Assembly (NCBI GenBank): GCA_016779605.1
Contig: JADHNH010000031.1
Coordinates: 2,125 to 34,124, forward strand
DNA from: Nevskia sp.
GTDB taxonomy: Bacteria; Pseudomonadota; Gammaproteobacteria; Nevskiales; Nevskiaceae
DNA length: 32,000 bases
Direction: 5' to 3'
Under the pieces are notes generated by a model. It was not told the origin of the DNA and made no database searches. It was given only the letters and a program-made list of their open reading frames with translations. The position numbers were made by a program, and so were the translations under genes. Positions 1-8,825 of the stretch are shown here, in pieces. Numbering within the stretch: the stretch's first letter is position 1; every line of letters starts with the position of its first letter.

Positions 1-1108
1 CGATGGTCTTGCCGTCCTTGCCGCTCAGGCTGAGGGCAAGGTCGTGGGCATAATCGGTCGAAAACACCAGGGGCGCGCCCTCGACCGGCAGCAGCAGCGC
101 CGCCCGGCTGGCGCAGTAAACCTCTTTGGGATCCACGGCGTGCAGGGGCGGCGGCTGCGGCGGCTCCACCGCCGGCAGCGCCACCGCCAGCACCGATTTC
201 GGGTCGTAGAACGAAGGCACCGTGTTCAGGGTCAGCGCCAGCTTGTCGCCCTGCGGCGAAACCAGCGCCGGAATGTATTGATACTCCGCGGTGCGGAACG
301 AATCGAAGATGCGGGCAATGTCCAGCACCGACGCGAAATAGGGGCTGTAGTAGCCGTAACCCAGCTGCTGGGTGGCGCTGGCCTCCATCAGCAGGTCGCT
401 GCCCGGGGTCGAGGTGAGCGCCTCCACCATCGACGTGCTGTGCCCGTCGTTCAGGATCAGCGACTCCCTGCCCTGCATCAGGCAAGGCGCCTGCAGTTCC
501 GGACTCCGGTCCAGGCACTTGTCGTCGACCTTGATCGCCAGGCTCCGCGCCAGCAGCGGCGCCACGTCCTTGAGCCTGGACGGGTCGGCGTCGTCGAGCG
601 CGCGGATCGTCACCAGGTAGCGCTCGAGGCGGGAGCGGTCTAGCTCGGCCTGGTTCAGGTCCTGCGAGGTGCGCACGAAGGCGCCCGGCCGTCCGCGCAC
701 CGCGTTCCGGAGCGTGCGGAAATCGCCGCCGGTGGCCGGCGCCAGGAACACCAGCACCTGCCCGGCGCCGGGCGGCACGGTGACGGTGAGCCCGTCGCGC
801 GCGCACTTGCCGGTCCAGGTCTTGCAGGGAAAGAACCAGCTCTCCGGCGGCGGATTGGTGGACCCGCTCAGGAAAGCGGCCACCATCAGGTAGTGCGCCG
901 ACTGGGTGGGCGGCAGGTCGGCCTTGATCCACAGCCGGTCGCCCTCGGCGAGATTGGGCACTTGCGAGGCCGGCAGGGTCGTCTCACCACGGGTAACCCT
1001 GACCTCCAGGGTCGGCCCGGCGAGGTCGAACGGCGCAGGGACGGCGTGGGCCGCTCCTGCCAGGACTGTGGCAAAAAGCAAAAGCCAGCGGCTGCATCGC
1101 GATACCAT
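1..1108 (-). CDS. Secreted hypothetical protein, N-terminal 369 codons only (C-terminus lies beyond the left edge)
   Basis: Minus-strand frame is open from ATG at 1108-1106 to base 2. It is absent from the ORF track because there is no stop in the window. My translation starts MVSRCSRWLLLFATVLAGAAHA|VPAPFDLAGPTLEVRV..., a typical Sec signal peptide with an AHA cleavage site. GC3-rich codons throughout. No family recognised. Confidence 0.6.
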   Translation of the reverse strand, partial: MVSRCSRWLLLFATVLAGAAHAVPAPFDLAGPTLEVRVTRGETTLPASQVPNLAEGDRLWIKADLPPTQSAHYLMVAAFLSGSTNPPPESWFFPCKTWTGKCARDGLTVTVPPGAGQVLVFLAPATGGDFRTLRNAVRGRPGAFVRTSQDLNQAELDRSRLERYLVTIRALDDADPSRLKDVAPLLARSLAIKVDDKCLDRSPELQAPCLMQGRESLILNDGHSTSMVEALTSTPGSDLLMEASATQQLGYGYYSPYFASVLDIARIFDSFRTAEYQYIPALVSPQGDKLALTLNTVPSFYDPKSVLAVALPAVEPPQPPPLHAVDPKEVYCASRAALLLPVEGAPLVFSTDYAHDLALSLSGKDGKTI

Positions 1109-1278
1109 GGCAATACTCTAGGCATCCGCCGCGGAATAGATCAATCTTGATTGGTCAAAATGACGGCCAAGCGATAGACATCCATCCGCGCCGAACGTTG
1201 CACGAGGTCGACCGCTGTGCTTCACATCGGGCAACGCGCCGGTTTGCCGGCATCCCCACGCAGATAAGTCGCTCGACG

Positions 1279-1476
1279 CTACCGGCGTGGAGACACGGGC
1301 ACGCTCCGCTGGTGCGACGAGGCGCCGGCCCGCAGATCGACCCGGCGCATCGCATCAAACGCGACTTCCATGGCACCCTCGGCGCACAAACCGCTGATCC
1401 GCGCATCTTCGTAAGCGCGCAAGCCGCCTTCGATCAAGGTTCGCCGGATCCTCTCGACCTGGGATTGCACGAGCAT
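1279..1476 (-). CDS. Small hypothetical protein (65 aa), possibly co-transcribed with the nitronate monooxygenase gene
   Basis: Internal ATG of track ORF 1279..1545. Product is MLVQSQVERIRRTLIEGGLRAYEDARISGLCAEGAMEVAFDAMRRVDL.... It starts 19 nt after the upstream stop and has a GC3 bias. No clear Shine-Dalgarno and the family is not recognised with certainty. Confidence 0.35.
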   Translation of the reverse strand: MLVQSQVERIRRTLIEGGLRAYEDARISGLCAEGAMEVAFDAMRRVDLRAGASSHQRSVPVSPRR

Positions 1477-1495
1477 TGGCGCGGACTGCCAGGCT

Positions 1496-2479
1496 CTAGC
1501 GCAAAAAGCTTGTTGCCGACTGCAGCCGCTGCTCGGCGTCGGCACTGATCTTCGCCACCAGCGCTGCGGCGCTTTCGACGCCCTTGATCAGACTGGCGCC
1601 CTCGCCGGCCCAGACGACGGCCGTGTCGTAGTCCTCCTCGCCCACCGCGGCCTGGTAGGCGGTTCTCGCGGCGTCCGCATCTGCCGCCAGGTCCGCTTCC
1701 CGGCCGTCCCAGCGCTCCATGAAACGGTTGCGCAGCGCACGGCCAAGAAAGTGCCCGGGCCAGGTGTATCCGCGGACGATATCGAACACCCGCGTGCGCG
1801 CGGTATTGCCGCCGTCGGACGCAACGATGCGCCGCTTGGCCGCGTCCCGGCCCAAGGACTCCGCCGACGCATAGAAGCGCGTGCCGAGCATGGCCCCGCA
1901 GGCCCCCAGCATCAGCGCCGCGGCCAGGCCGCGGCCGTCGCCGATCCCGCCGGCCGCGAGGACCGGAATCGGCGCCACCGCGTCGACGACGGCCGGAACC
2001 AGCGGCAGGGTGGCACGCGCGCCGCCATGCCCGCCCGCCTCGGTGCCTTCGGCGACGATGAGGTCGGCGCCGGCTGCACGGGCGACACGGGCCTGCTCGA
2101 GGTCCTGCACCTGGCAGATCAGCTTGCTGCCCGCTGCCTTGATTGCCGGCGCGTAGGGCCGCGGATCCCCGAAGGACAGCAGGAACGCGCTTGGGCGGTA
2201 GCCGAGCGCAAGCTCCAGCACTTCGGGCCGGAGCGACCAGGTGATGAGTCCCACGCCCCATGGCCGCTTTGTCTCCCCCCGCAGCAGCGACAGCTCGTTG
2301 CGCAGCCACGCGGCATCGCCGTAACCGCCTCCGACCAGGCCGAGCCCGCCGGCGTTCGAAACCGCCGCGGCCAGTCGCCCGCCGGACACTCCGCCCATCG
2401 GGGCCAGGACAATCGGGTGCCGCAAGCCGAACAGTTCCGTCAGTGCAGTGGCAATCATCGCCTCACCCGTCCCGTGCAT
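1496..2479 (-). CDS. Nitronate monooxygenase (2-nitropropane dioxygenase / NMO family, FMN-dependent)
   Basis: 327-aa ORF. N-terminus is ...LTELFGLRHPIVLAPMGGVSGGRLAAAVSNAGGLGLVGGGY, followed by LIVAEGTEAGGHGG and IPVLAAGGIGDGRG, the hallmark NMO TIM-barrel motifs. An alternative start is the ATG at 2458 (MIATALTELFG). Confidence 0.9.
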   Translation of the reverse strand: MHGTGEAMIATALTELFGLRHPIVLAPMGGVSGGRLAAAVSNAGGLGLVGGGYGDAAWLRNELSLLRGETKRPWGVGLITWSLRPEVLELALGYRPSAFLLSFGDPRPYAPAIKAAGSKLICQVQDLEQARVARAAGADLIVAEGTEAGGHGGARATLPLVPAVVDAVAPIPVLAAGGIGDGRGLAAALMLGACGAMLGTRFYASAESLGRDAAKRRIVASDGGNTARTRVFDIVRGYTWPGHFLGRALRNRFMERWDGREADLAADADAARTAYQAAVGEEDYDTAVVWAGEGASLIKGVESAAALVAKISADAEQRLQSATSFLR

Positions 2480-2503
2480 GGATAAAACAGGAGTATTAAA
2501 TGC

Positions 2504-2518
2504 ACGATATCATATCGT
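2504..2518. promoter_or_regulatory. Perfect 15-bp palindrome ACGATAT-C-ATATCGT in the AT-rich stretch upstream of the NMO gene (candidate operator)
   Basis: Read directly: acgatatcatatcgt, 7-bp arms around a central C, 25 nt upstream of ATG 2479. On the minus strand it lies between a GTTACG -35-like and a TTTAAT -10-like hexamer. AT-rich island in GC-rich DNA. Confidence 0.35.
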
Positions 2519-2626
2519 AACCGGGCGCTTGCCTCGCACGCCGGCCCGCGCAGTGCAGCGCCCGGCGATGCGCGGCATGGCGCGCCGGGGCTGCCCGCGT
2601 CCCGGCAGCGGGACAGGACGCGCCTC

Positions 2627-3832
2627 CTAGCGGTCTGCGCTGGCCAGGATGCCGGCTTGTGCGAGGGCGCCGATGCGCGCCTCGCTGTAGCCCAGCACGC
2701 CGGAAAGCACGGCGGCATTGTGCTGGCCGAGCAGCGGCGCCGTGAGATCCGGCAGATCGGGTTGCGCCGAGAAGCGCAACGGGAACCCCGGGATCGAGAA
2801 CTGGCCGAGGACGGGATCGACGATGGTGCGGACCGTGCCGCGATCCCTGAAATACGGATGGTCGATCGCGTCGGCCGGGCTGAGCACCGGCGCCGACGGC
2901 ACGCGATGGCGCTCCAGCAGCTCCAGGGCGCTGTCCTGGTCCTTGAAGCCCGCCAGCCAGGCCTCGATGACCGGCGTCAGCTCGCGCTGGTTCTGCGCGC
3001 GCAGCGTGCCGGTCTCGAAGCGCGGGTCCCGCTTCAGGTCCGGCCGCTGCATGGCGTCGCACAGCCCCTCCCACTGGGACTGCAGGGCGAGGATCACGAT
3101 ATGGCCGCCGGGAACCTTGAAGATGCCGAACGGCGAAACCAGCGGATGATGCGGGCCGCTGCGCATCGGCACATAAGCGCCCTTGCCCAGGGAGGCGGCC
3201 TGGATCGGAATCTCCAGCATGTGGAAGACCGAGTCGACCATCGAGATGTCGAGCCACTGGCCCTGGCCGGTGCGGCTGCGGTGGAACAGGGCATAACCGA
3301 TGGCCGAGAAGGCATGAACGCCGGAGGAGACGTCGGCCAGGGAAATGCCGGCCGGCAGCGGCGGGCCGTCCGCATTGCCGGTCATGTGCATGACGCCGGC
3401 GAAGGCCTGCGCCACCCAGTCGTAGCCGGTCTTGTGCGACAGCAGGCTGTTGCGCCCATAGGCGGAAATGGACGCCATCACGAGCCCCGGGTTGAGCCGC
3501 TTGAGGTCGTCGTACGCCAGGCCGCGCTTTTCCATGACGCCGGGGCCGAAGTTCTCCACCACCACGTCGGCCTTGGCGGCCAGCTCGCGCGCGATGGCGA
3601 CGGCTTCGGGCTTGCGCAGGTCCATGCACAGGCTCTGCTTGCCGCGGTTCTGCTGCACGAAGTAACCGCTGCGGCCGTCCACCACCAGGGGCAGCAGGCG
3701 CGAGGGGTCGCCGCCCGGCGCCGGCTCGACCTTGATGATCTCGGCGCCCATCTCCGCCATCAGGCGCGTCACCGTGGGCCCGGAAAGGTACTGGGTGAAG
3801 TCGAGTACCCGGATGCCCTCGAGGATGTTCAT
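2627..3832 (-). CDS. Family III CoA-transferase (CaiB/BaiF family)
   Basis: 401 aa. Begins MNILEGIRVLDFTQYLSGPTVTRLMAEMGAEIIKVEPAPGGDPSR, the canonical family III CoA-transferase N-terminus. Length is typical. Confidence 0.92.
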   Translation of the reverse strand: MNILEGIRVLDFTQYLSGPTVTRLMAEMGAEIIKVEPAPGGDPSRLLPLVVDGRSGYFVQQNRGKQSLCMDLRKPEAVAIARELAAKADVVVENFGPGVMEKRGLAYDDLKRLNPGLVMASISAYGRNSLLSHKTGYDWVAQAFAGVMHMTGNADGPPLPAGISLADVSSGVHAFSAIGYALFHRSRTGQGQWLDISMVDSVFHMLEIPIQAASLGKGAYVPMRSGPHHPLVSPFGIFKVPGGHIVILALQSQWEGLCDAMQRPDLKRDPRFETGTLRAQNQRELTPVIEAWLAGFKDQDSALELLERHRVPSAPVLSPADAIDHPYFRDRGTVRTIVDPVLGQFSIPGFPLRFSAQPDLPDLTAPLLGQHNAAVLSGVLGYSEARIGALAQAGILASADR

Positions 3833-3845
3833 GGTCGTTGGTGGC

Positions 3846-4655
3846 TCAGATGATCTTGTGCTTGCGGCAGAACGCGGTCACCAGCCCGGCGATGAGCTTC
3901 GGGTCTTCGAACATCGGGTAGTGGCCGATATTCTTGAGGTGCAGCACCTCGGCGTTCTTGAGCAGGCGCCCGGTTTCCTCGACCAGCTCGCGCGGCACCC
4001 AGAAGTCGTCTTCGCCGCGGATCAGCAGGATCGGGCACGTCACGCCCTTGAGCCTGGCGCGAACGTCGTGCCGGGCCCAGCCTTCGAGGTCGCCCACCGC
4101 GCTGACCTGGGAATTGCGGTGCTGCCAGCGCAGCTCGGCGATCTTGTCGGCGGGGCACTTGCGGTTGAGCGATTCCGTCGCCGCCCGTTCCATCTGATCC
4201 TGCCAGCCGGGCGCCCATGACGGATGAACCATGCCGGAGGGCAGCGGGAATGTCGGCGTGCGCGCACAGCCCTCCATCGGCACGCCGGCGGCCATTTCGC
4301 GCCAATGATGGGCGGCATAATCCAGCGTGATGTCGCCGCCGATCGAGCAGCCGAGGATGACCGGCTTTTGCAGCCCGAGCGCCTGCACGAACGCGTGCAC
4401 GAACTCGGCGTGTTCGTGGATGGTGCGGTGCTGCTGCCAGTTGACCGGATAGGAGCGCGAGTGCCCGGGCAGATCCGGCGCGTAGGCATGGAAGCCGCTC
4501 TTCGCCAGCAGCGGCAGCAGGTACTGGTACTCCAGCGAACTGGCACCCGCCGTATGCACGCAGACGATGGGCCGGCCTTCGCCCAGTTCGTCGTAGAACG
4601 TCCGGGTGCCGTTGACCTTGACGTAGTGTCCGCGGATGTCTTCTGGCGTTGCCAT
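3846..4655 (-). CDS. Alpha/beta-fold hydrolase
   Basis: 269 aa. Has VCVHTAGASS (oxyanion region), nucleophile elbow G-C-S-I-G (ILGCSIGGD) and C-terminal HLKNIGHYPMFE (catalytic His region). Lies 13 nt upstream of the CoA-transferase start. Confidence 0.9.
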   Translation of the reverse strand: MATPEDIRGHYVKVNGTRTFYDELGEGRPIVCVHTAGASSLEYQYLLPLLAKSGFHAYAPDLPGHSRSYPVNWQQHRTIHEHAEFVHAFVQALGLQKPVILGCSIGGDITLDYAAHHWREMAAGVPMEGCARTPTFPLPSGMVHPSWAPGWQDQMERAATESLNRKCPADKIAELRWQHRNSQVSAVGDLEGWARHDVRARLKGVTCPILLIRGEDDFWVPRELVEETGRLLKNAEVLHLKNIGHYPMFEDPKLIAGLVTAFCRKHKII

Positions 4656-4671
4656 GGTGGTTCTCGTCGAG

Positions 4672-5100
4672 TTAGCGCTTGGCGGCGCAATCTTTGATCG
4701 CGTATGCGAGCAGGAACATCGCCTCGCTCATCCGTCCCGCTTCCAGGAGATTGCCCTCGGTGGCGATTTCCACCGAGCTTTCCCCCACTCGTTCGAGGCC
4801 CGGGTCGTCCTCGAAGTAGCGCTTGCCCGGGAACGTCAGGTCGGCCCACAGCCGCTTGCCGCTCAGCAGCAGGTTCCAGGACGCCTCGCTGCCGGCGAAC
4901 TTGAAGGTGTAGCCGAAAGGGGGAACCGCCGTCTGGTGGTCGATGACCTTGCCGCAATAGATCTTCAGCCATAGCCGATCGTCGTCCACCTGCAGCAGAA
5001 CCGAGCCGTCGAACCAGCGTGTCTGCTCGCAGAAAGCGGCATTGGCAGCGAGCGCTTTCAACAGCCGCGCCTGAAATGCGGGATTTGCGATGAAACTCAT
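4672..5100 (-). CDS. SCP2 sterol/lipid-carrier-like domain protein
   Basis: 142 aa. Strong RBS AAGGAGG upstream of the ATG. The pattern FQARLLKALAANAAF...WLKIYCGKV...FKFAGSEASWNLLLSGK...EGNLLEAGRM resembles SCP2 domains. The family call is by pattern only. Confidence 0.65.
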   Translation of the reverse strand: MSFIANPAFQARLLKALAANAAFCEQTRWFDGSVLLQVDDDRLWLKIYCGKVIDHQTAVPPFGYTFKFAGSEASWNLLLSGKRLWADLTFPGKRYFEDDPGLERVGESSVEIATEGNLLEAGRMSEAMFLLAYAIKDCAAKR

Positions 5101-5243
5101 GCCCGGCCTCCTTTGTCAGCGGTCAGACCCGCGCCTGTTGCAGGCGCCGGGAGCGAACGATTGCGCGGAAACGATCTTCTCACGTGCGGTCTCCCGGCAT
5201 CGGTGTTTCGGCGGCATCCATTTGCGGCCTGCGATCGCGCCCG

Positions 5244-6344
5244 TCACGCCCGTGCGCCCAGCAGCGGAACGCCCATCTTGCGCAGCAACGGCAGGATTTC
5301 CCGTTCGAAGCGCAAGGTGTCCTTGTAATAGTCCAGGAAGATCATCAGGAAGCCGTCCATGCCGGCCTCGAACAGGTCGCGCAGCTTTTCCGCCACCTGC
5401 TCGCGCGTGCCGATCACCGGCTGCGCGCCGGCGCCCAGGGCGAACTGCTCGGCGGTGAAGTTGTCGTAGGAGCCGCTCTGCACGTTCAGGCCGCGCGCCC
5501 AGTTGTCCACGGCAACGCGGTCGATGTTGTCGAGGATGCGGCGGCGCTCCTCTTCCGCTTCCCGCTCGGTGTCGCGCCACAGCACGAAGGGGTAGCAGGC
5601 GCATTGCACGCTGCGGCCGAGCCGCTGCGCGCGCCGCTTGATGTCGGCCACCACCTCGCGCGAAGCCTCCAGCGTCGGCGGGCTGATGAAGGACCAGTCG
5701 CATACCCGCGACACCACTTCCTTGGCGTCCTCGGAGCTGCCGGCGTTGGCAATGACGGGATGCGGCTTCTGCAGCGGCTGCGGGCGCACGTAGCCGCCGG
5801 TGATCTTGTACCAGGGGCATTCGTAGTTGAAGCTGCCCGGCTCCTGCGTCCACAAGCCCTTGAGGATTTCGATGTAGGCCTCGGTGCGCCGGTAGCGCTC
5901 CGCGTGCGGCATCACCTCGATGCCCATCATGCCGAATTCCAGCTCGCTCCAGCCGCTGACGATGTTCAGCCCCCAGCGGCCCTTGCCGATGTGGTCCAGG
6001 GTGGCGCCCATCTTCGCCGTCGCCACCGGGTGGAACACCGGCACATGCACGGTGGAAAAGACCCGTATGCGCGAAGTGTTGGCCAGCAGGGCCGCGGCCC
6101 AGGTCATGGTTTCCTGCGAATTGCCTAGGTAGTCGGTCTTGCCGCCGTAGCCTTTCCACTTGGCGACCGGAAACAGGAAATCGAAGCCCGCCGCCTCCGC
6201 CGCCAGGGCGATGCGCAGGTTTGATTCGTACGTCCAGTCGTCCGGTTCGGGCTTGTAGGTGCTCATCGAATAGGCGTAGCTGCAGTTGGGCATGAACAGC
6301 CCAAGCTGCATGCGCCTGCCGTCATCGCCCGGCGTTGGTGACAT
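5244..6344 (-). CDS. LLM-class flavin-dependent monooxygenase (luciferase-like; RutA/SfnG-like subgroup)
   Basis: 366 aa. KWKGYGGKTDYL and GRWGLNIVSGW parallel RutA KLRGFGGKTEFW and GRFGVNLVTGW. GGAG lies 9 nt upstream of ATG 6344. An alternative start is ATG 6311 (MQLGLFMPN). Confidence 0.9.
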   Translation of the reverse strand: MSPTPGDDGRRMQLGLFMPNCSYAYSMSTYKPEPDDWTYESNLRIALAAEAAGFDFLFPVAKWKGYGGKTDYLGNSQETMTWAAALLANTSRIRVFSTVHVPVFHPVATAKMGATLDHIGKGRWGLNIVSGWSELEFGMMGIEVMPHAERYRRTEAYIEILKGLWTQEPGSFNYECPWYKITGGYVRPQPLQKPHPVIANAGSSEDAKEVVSRVCDWSFISPPTLEASREVVADIKRRAQRLGRSVQCACYPFVLWRDTEREAEEERRRILDNIDRVAVDNWARGLNVQSGSYDNFTAEQFALGAGAQPVIGTREQVAEKLRDLFEAGMDGFLMIFLDYYKDTLRFEREILPLLRKMGVPLLGARA

Positions 6345-6457
6345 CGAAGCTCACTCCAGATTTGCGGCGGCGCCGCTTGTTGACACGGATGAACGCGAGC
6401 GGCCGCGCGCCTGCCGGACTCCCCTGCCGCCGGCGGGCGCGCCACCCGGTGCGCGGG

Positions 6458-7672
6458 TCAATACGCCATCTCCAGCACCTCCATCACTTCGTCCACGGAT
6501 TGCACCGGCCGGGGGTTGGTGGCGACGATCATGTCGGCGATCGCGTCGGCGGCGATGGCGGGAAAGTCCTGCCGGCTCACGCCGACGTCGCGCAGGCGCC
6601 ACGGCTGATCCAGAGCCTTGACCAGCTGCAGCACGGCGTCGCGGCCGGCCTTGCGGGCGGACTCCGCATCCATGCCGGCGGTGTCGACGCCCATCAGCCC
6701 GGCGATCCAGCGCTGCTTGTCGCCGACGTGGTCTTTGTTCCAGGTCATCACGGCGTGCATCATCACGCAGGAGGTCTGGCCGTGCGGCACGTTGCAGCGC
6801 GCGCCGAGCTGATGGCCGATGCCGTGGCTGAGGCCCAGCGTGACGTTGGCCAGGCCCGATACCGACATCCACGCCGCGAGGTGCGCGCGGGTGCGGGCGG
6901 CGAGGTCGTCCGGCTGCGCCCGGCACTGGCGCAGCGTGCGCGCCAGCGTCTGCAGCGCATGGGCGGCCAGGGCGTCGGTGAACGGATGGGCGTTGCCGGA
7001 ACAGATCGCTTCGATGCAATGGTCCACCGAGCGCATGCCGGAAGACAGCCACAGCCACTGCGGCGTATCCAGGGTGAGCGCGGCGTCGAGGATGATGGCC
7101 TTGGCGGTGAGCTTGCGGTCGATGTACAGATCCTTCACCCGGCGCTTTTCGTCGGTGATGCCGACGAAGTGCGTGCATTCGCCGCCGGACAGCGTGGTGG
7201 AGATGGCGACCAAGGGGACGCAGGCGCCCTTGATGGGAGGGATCTCCAGCGTGGCGGGATATTCGAAGCGCGTGCGCATGCGTTCGAATCCGCCGGTGTC
7301 GGTGATGTTTTCCGCCAGCGCCAGGAGCACCGCCTTGGCCGTATCGTTGGGCGAGCCGCCGCCGAAACTGACCACGCCGTCCGCTCCCAGGCTGCGCGCG
7401 TAATCGGCCGCGCGCAGCACGGACCCCGCGTGCACGTGCTGCACCGTTTCGCTGAACACACCGGCGATGCGGCCCTTGGCCGCCGCCAGCACGCGGTCCA
7501 CCAGACCGGTTCTGCCGGCCAGCGAGCGCCCGGTGACGAGCACGGCGCGGCGCACGCCGTTGCTTTCCAGGATGTCCGCCAGGCTGGAGACGCTGCCGGG
7601 GCCGTAGTACACGTCGTCCAGCGGCAGCAGGGTGAAGCGCCCGGCCAGGGGCTTGTCCTCGCCAGCAAGCAT
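6458..7672 (-). CDS. Iron-containing (group III) alcohol dehydrogenase / maleylacetate-reductase-like oxidoreductase
   Basis: Track ORF is 6458..7687. The second ATG (7672, MLAGEDK) is directly preceded by GGAGGAGAGG, so it is preferred. GGGSPNDTAKAV (NAD-binding) and the His-rich metal region GLSHGIGHQLG...PHG are typical Fe-ADH motifs. Confidence 0.9.
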   Translation of the reverse strand: MLAGEDKPLAGRFTLLPLDDVYYGPGSVSSLADILESNGVRRAVLVTGRSLAGRTGLVDRVLAAAKGRIAGVFSETVQHVHAGSVLRAADYARSLGADGVVSFGGGSPNDTAKAVLLALAENITDTGGFERMRTRFEYPATLEIPPIKGACVPLVAISTTLSGGECTHFVGITDEKRRVKDLYIDRKLTAKAIILDAALTLDTPQWLWLSSGMRSVDHCIEAICSGNAHPFTDALAAHALQTLARTLRQCRAQPDDLAARTRAHLAAWMSVSGLANVTLGLSHGIGHQLGARCNVPHGQTSCVMMHAVMTWNKDHVGDKQRWIAGLMGVDTAGMDAESARKAGRDAVLQLVKALDQPWRLRDVGVSRQDFPAIAADAIADMIVATNPRPVQSVDEVMEVLEMAY

Positions 7673-7766
7673 CCTCTCCTCCGTCATTTTTGTCGCGTCG
7701 CGGTCGGCGCCAGCTCAGCGCGGTACCGTCACCTGCGCGAGCCGCCGCGCCGTGCACCGCCGTCGA

Positions 7767-7807
7767 CTTATAGTCCTCTATAAGACGATGCTATAGGTCG
7801 ATATAGG
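7767..7807. promoter_or_regulatory. Cluster of TATAG-type repeats in the divergent ADH/GST intergenic region (candidate operator array)
   Basis: Perfect inverted repeat CTTATAG-N4-CTATAAG (7767-7784), followed by direct repeats TATAGG at 7792-7797 and 7802-7807 (10-bp period). AT-rich island in GC-rich DNA. Confidence 0.4.
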
Positions 7808-7965
7808 GACTGGCAAGCGCCGACGCAGCGACGTCACGCGCCGCCTGGCCAACGAGGGCCGCGGCCGGGAGCCCCGATCGCCGTGCTACCCTTTCGAAAA
7901 AGGCGCGGCATCCAGGCGGCCGCGCCGCGTCGAGTGCGCGTACCAATCCGACCGAGGAGCCGGCG

Positions 7966-8751
7966 ATGATCCTGTTCGAACACCCGCTGTCGCCTTACGC
8001 CCAAAAGGTCAAGATCGCGCTGCGCGAGAAAGGTCTGCCCTTCGAGCTGCGCCTGCCGGACGGCCTGGGCAGCGGCTCGGGCTACCAGGCGGACTTCACC
8101 GGCTCTTCGCCGCGTGCCGAGGTGCCGGCGCTGATCGACGGCGGGGTGCGGGTGTTCGATTCGACCATCATTCTCGAATACCTCGAGGACAAATGGCCGG
8201 AGCCGGCACTGCTGCCGGATGATCCGGCCGGCCGCGCCCGGGCGCGCATGATCGAAGACGCCATGGACACGCATTACGAGGCGATCAACTGGGGCTTGAT
8301 CGAGCTGCAGTTCATGGGCCGCGCGAAAGGCGCCCTGGCAGAACAGCTGGCGGCAACGGCGGCCCGGCAGGCAGCCGCCTGGCATCGGTGGCTGGGTGGG
8401 CAGCTCGGCGATGCGCCCTGGTTCGGCGGCGAGCGCTTCGGCTGGGCCGACCTTTCGGTCATTCCCTATCTGAACGGCTCGGTCAGCTTCGGCATTCCGC
8501 CCGCGCCGGGATCAAAACTGGCGCAATGGCTGGCCCGTGCCAATGCCAGGCCCGCGGTGGCGCAAACCGCCCGCGAGGCGGCCGACTCGATTCCCACCCT
8601 GGTCGGCCTCGACCAGTTGATCGCGCAGGGATTGTTCAAGCGCGAATACCGCGACCACCGGCTCGAATGGATGATCAAGTCTGGCGGCTTGCAGGTGGTG
8701 CTCGATGGCCTTGCGCAGGACAACATCCGGTTCACGCCTGACTTCGAGTAG
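7966..8751 (+). CDS. Glutathione S-transferase family protein
   Basis: 261 aa. RBS GAGGAG. N-terminal thioredoxin-like GST domain MILFEHPLSPYAQKVKIALREKGLPFE...EVPALIDGGVRVFDSTIILEYLEDKWP, followed by a helical C-terminal domain. Confidence 0.9.
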   Translation: MILFEHPLSPYAQKVKIALREKGLPFELRLPDGLGSGSGYQADFTGSSPRAEVPALIDGGVRVFDSTIILEYLEDKWPEPALLPDDPAGRARARMIEDAMDTHYEAINWGLIELQFMGRAKGALAEQLAATAARQAAAWHRWLGGQLGDAPWFGGERFGWADLSVIPYLNGSVSFGIPPAPGSKLAQWLARANARPAVAQTAREAADSIPTLVGLDQLIAQGLFKREYRDHRLEWMIKSGGLQVVLDGLAQDNIRFTPDFE

Positions 8752-8825
8752 CGGCATAAGCAGCAAGCGACCACCAAAGCTGCGGCCGCTTGCGGCCGCC
8801 TTGAATGATTGACGCAGGAGCAGCC

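Noticed and set aside
1140-1153. Small palindromes ATCAA-TC-TTGAT and CAATC-TT-GATTG upstream of the secreted-protein gene
   Set aside because: The arms are only 5 bp and there are two competing registers. This is not distinguishable from chance in an AT-richer promoter stretch.
5133-5149. 7-bp hairpin GCGCCTG-TTG-CAGGCGC between the LLM monooxygenase and SCP2 genes
   Set aside because: It is short, has no U-tract on the transcribed strand, and such GC palindromes are frequent by chance at this base composition. Not called as a terminator.
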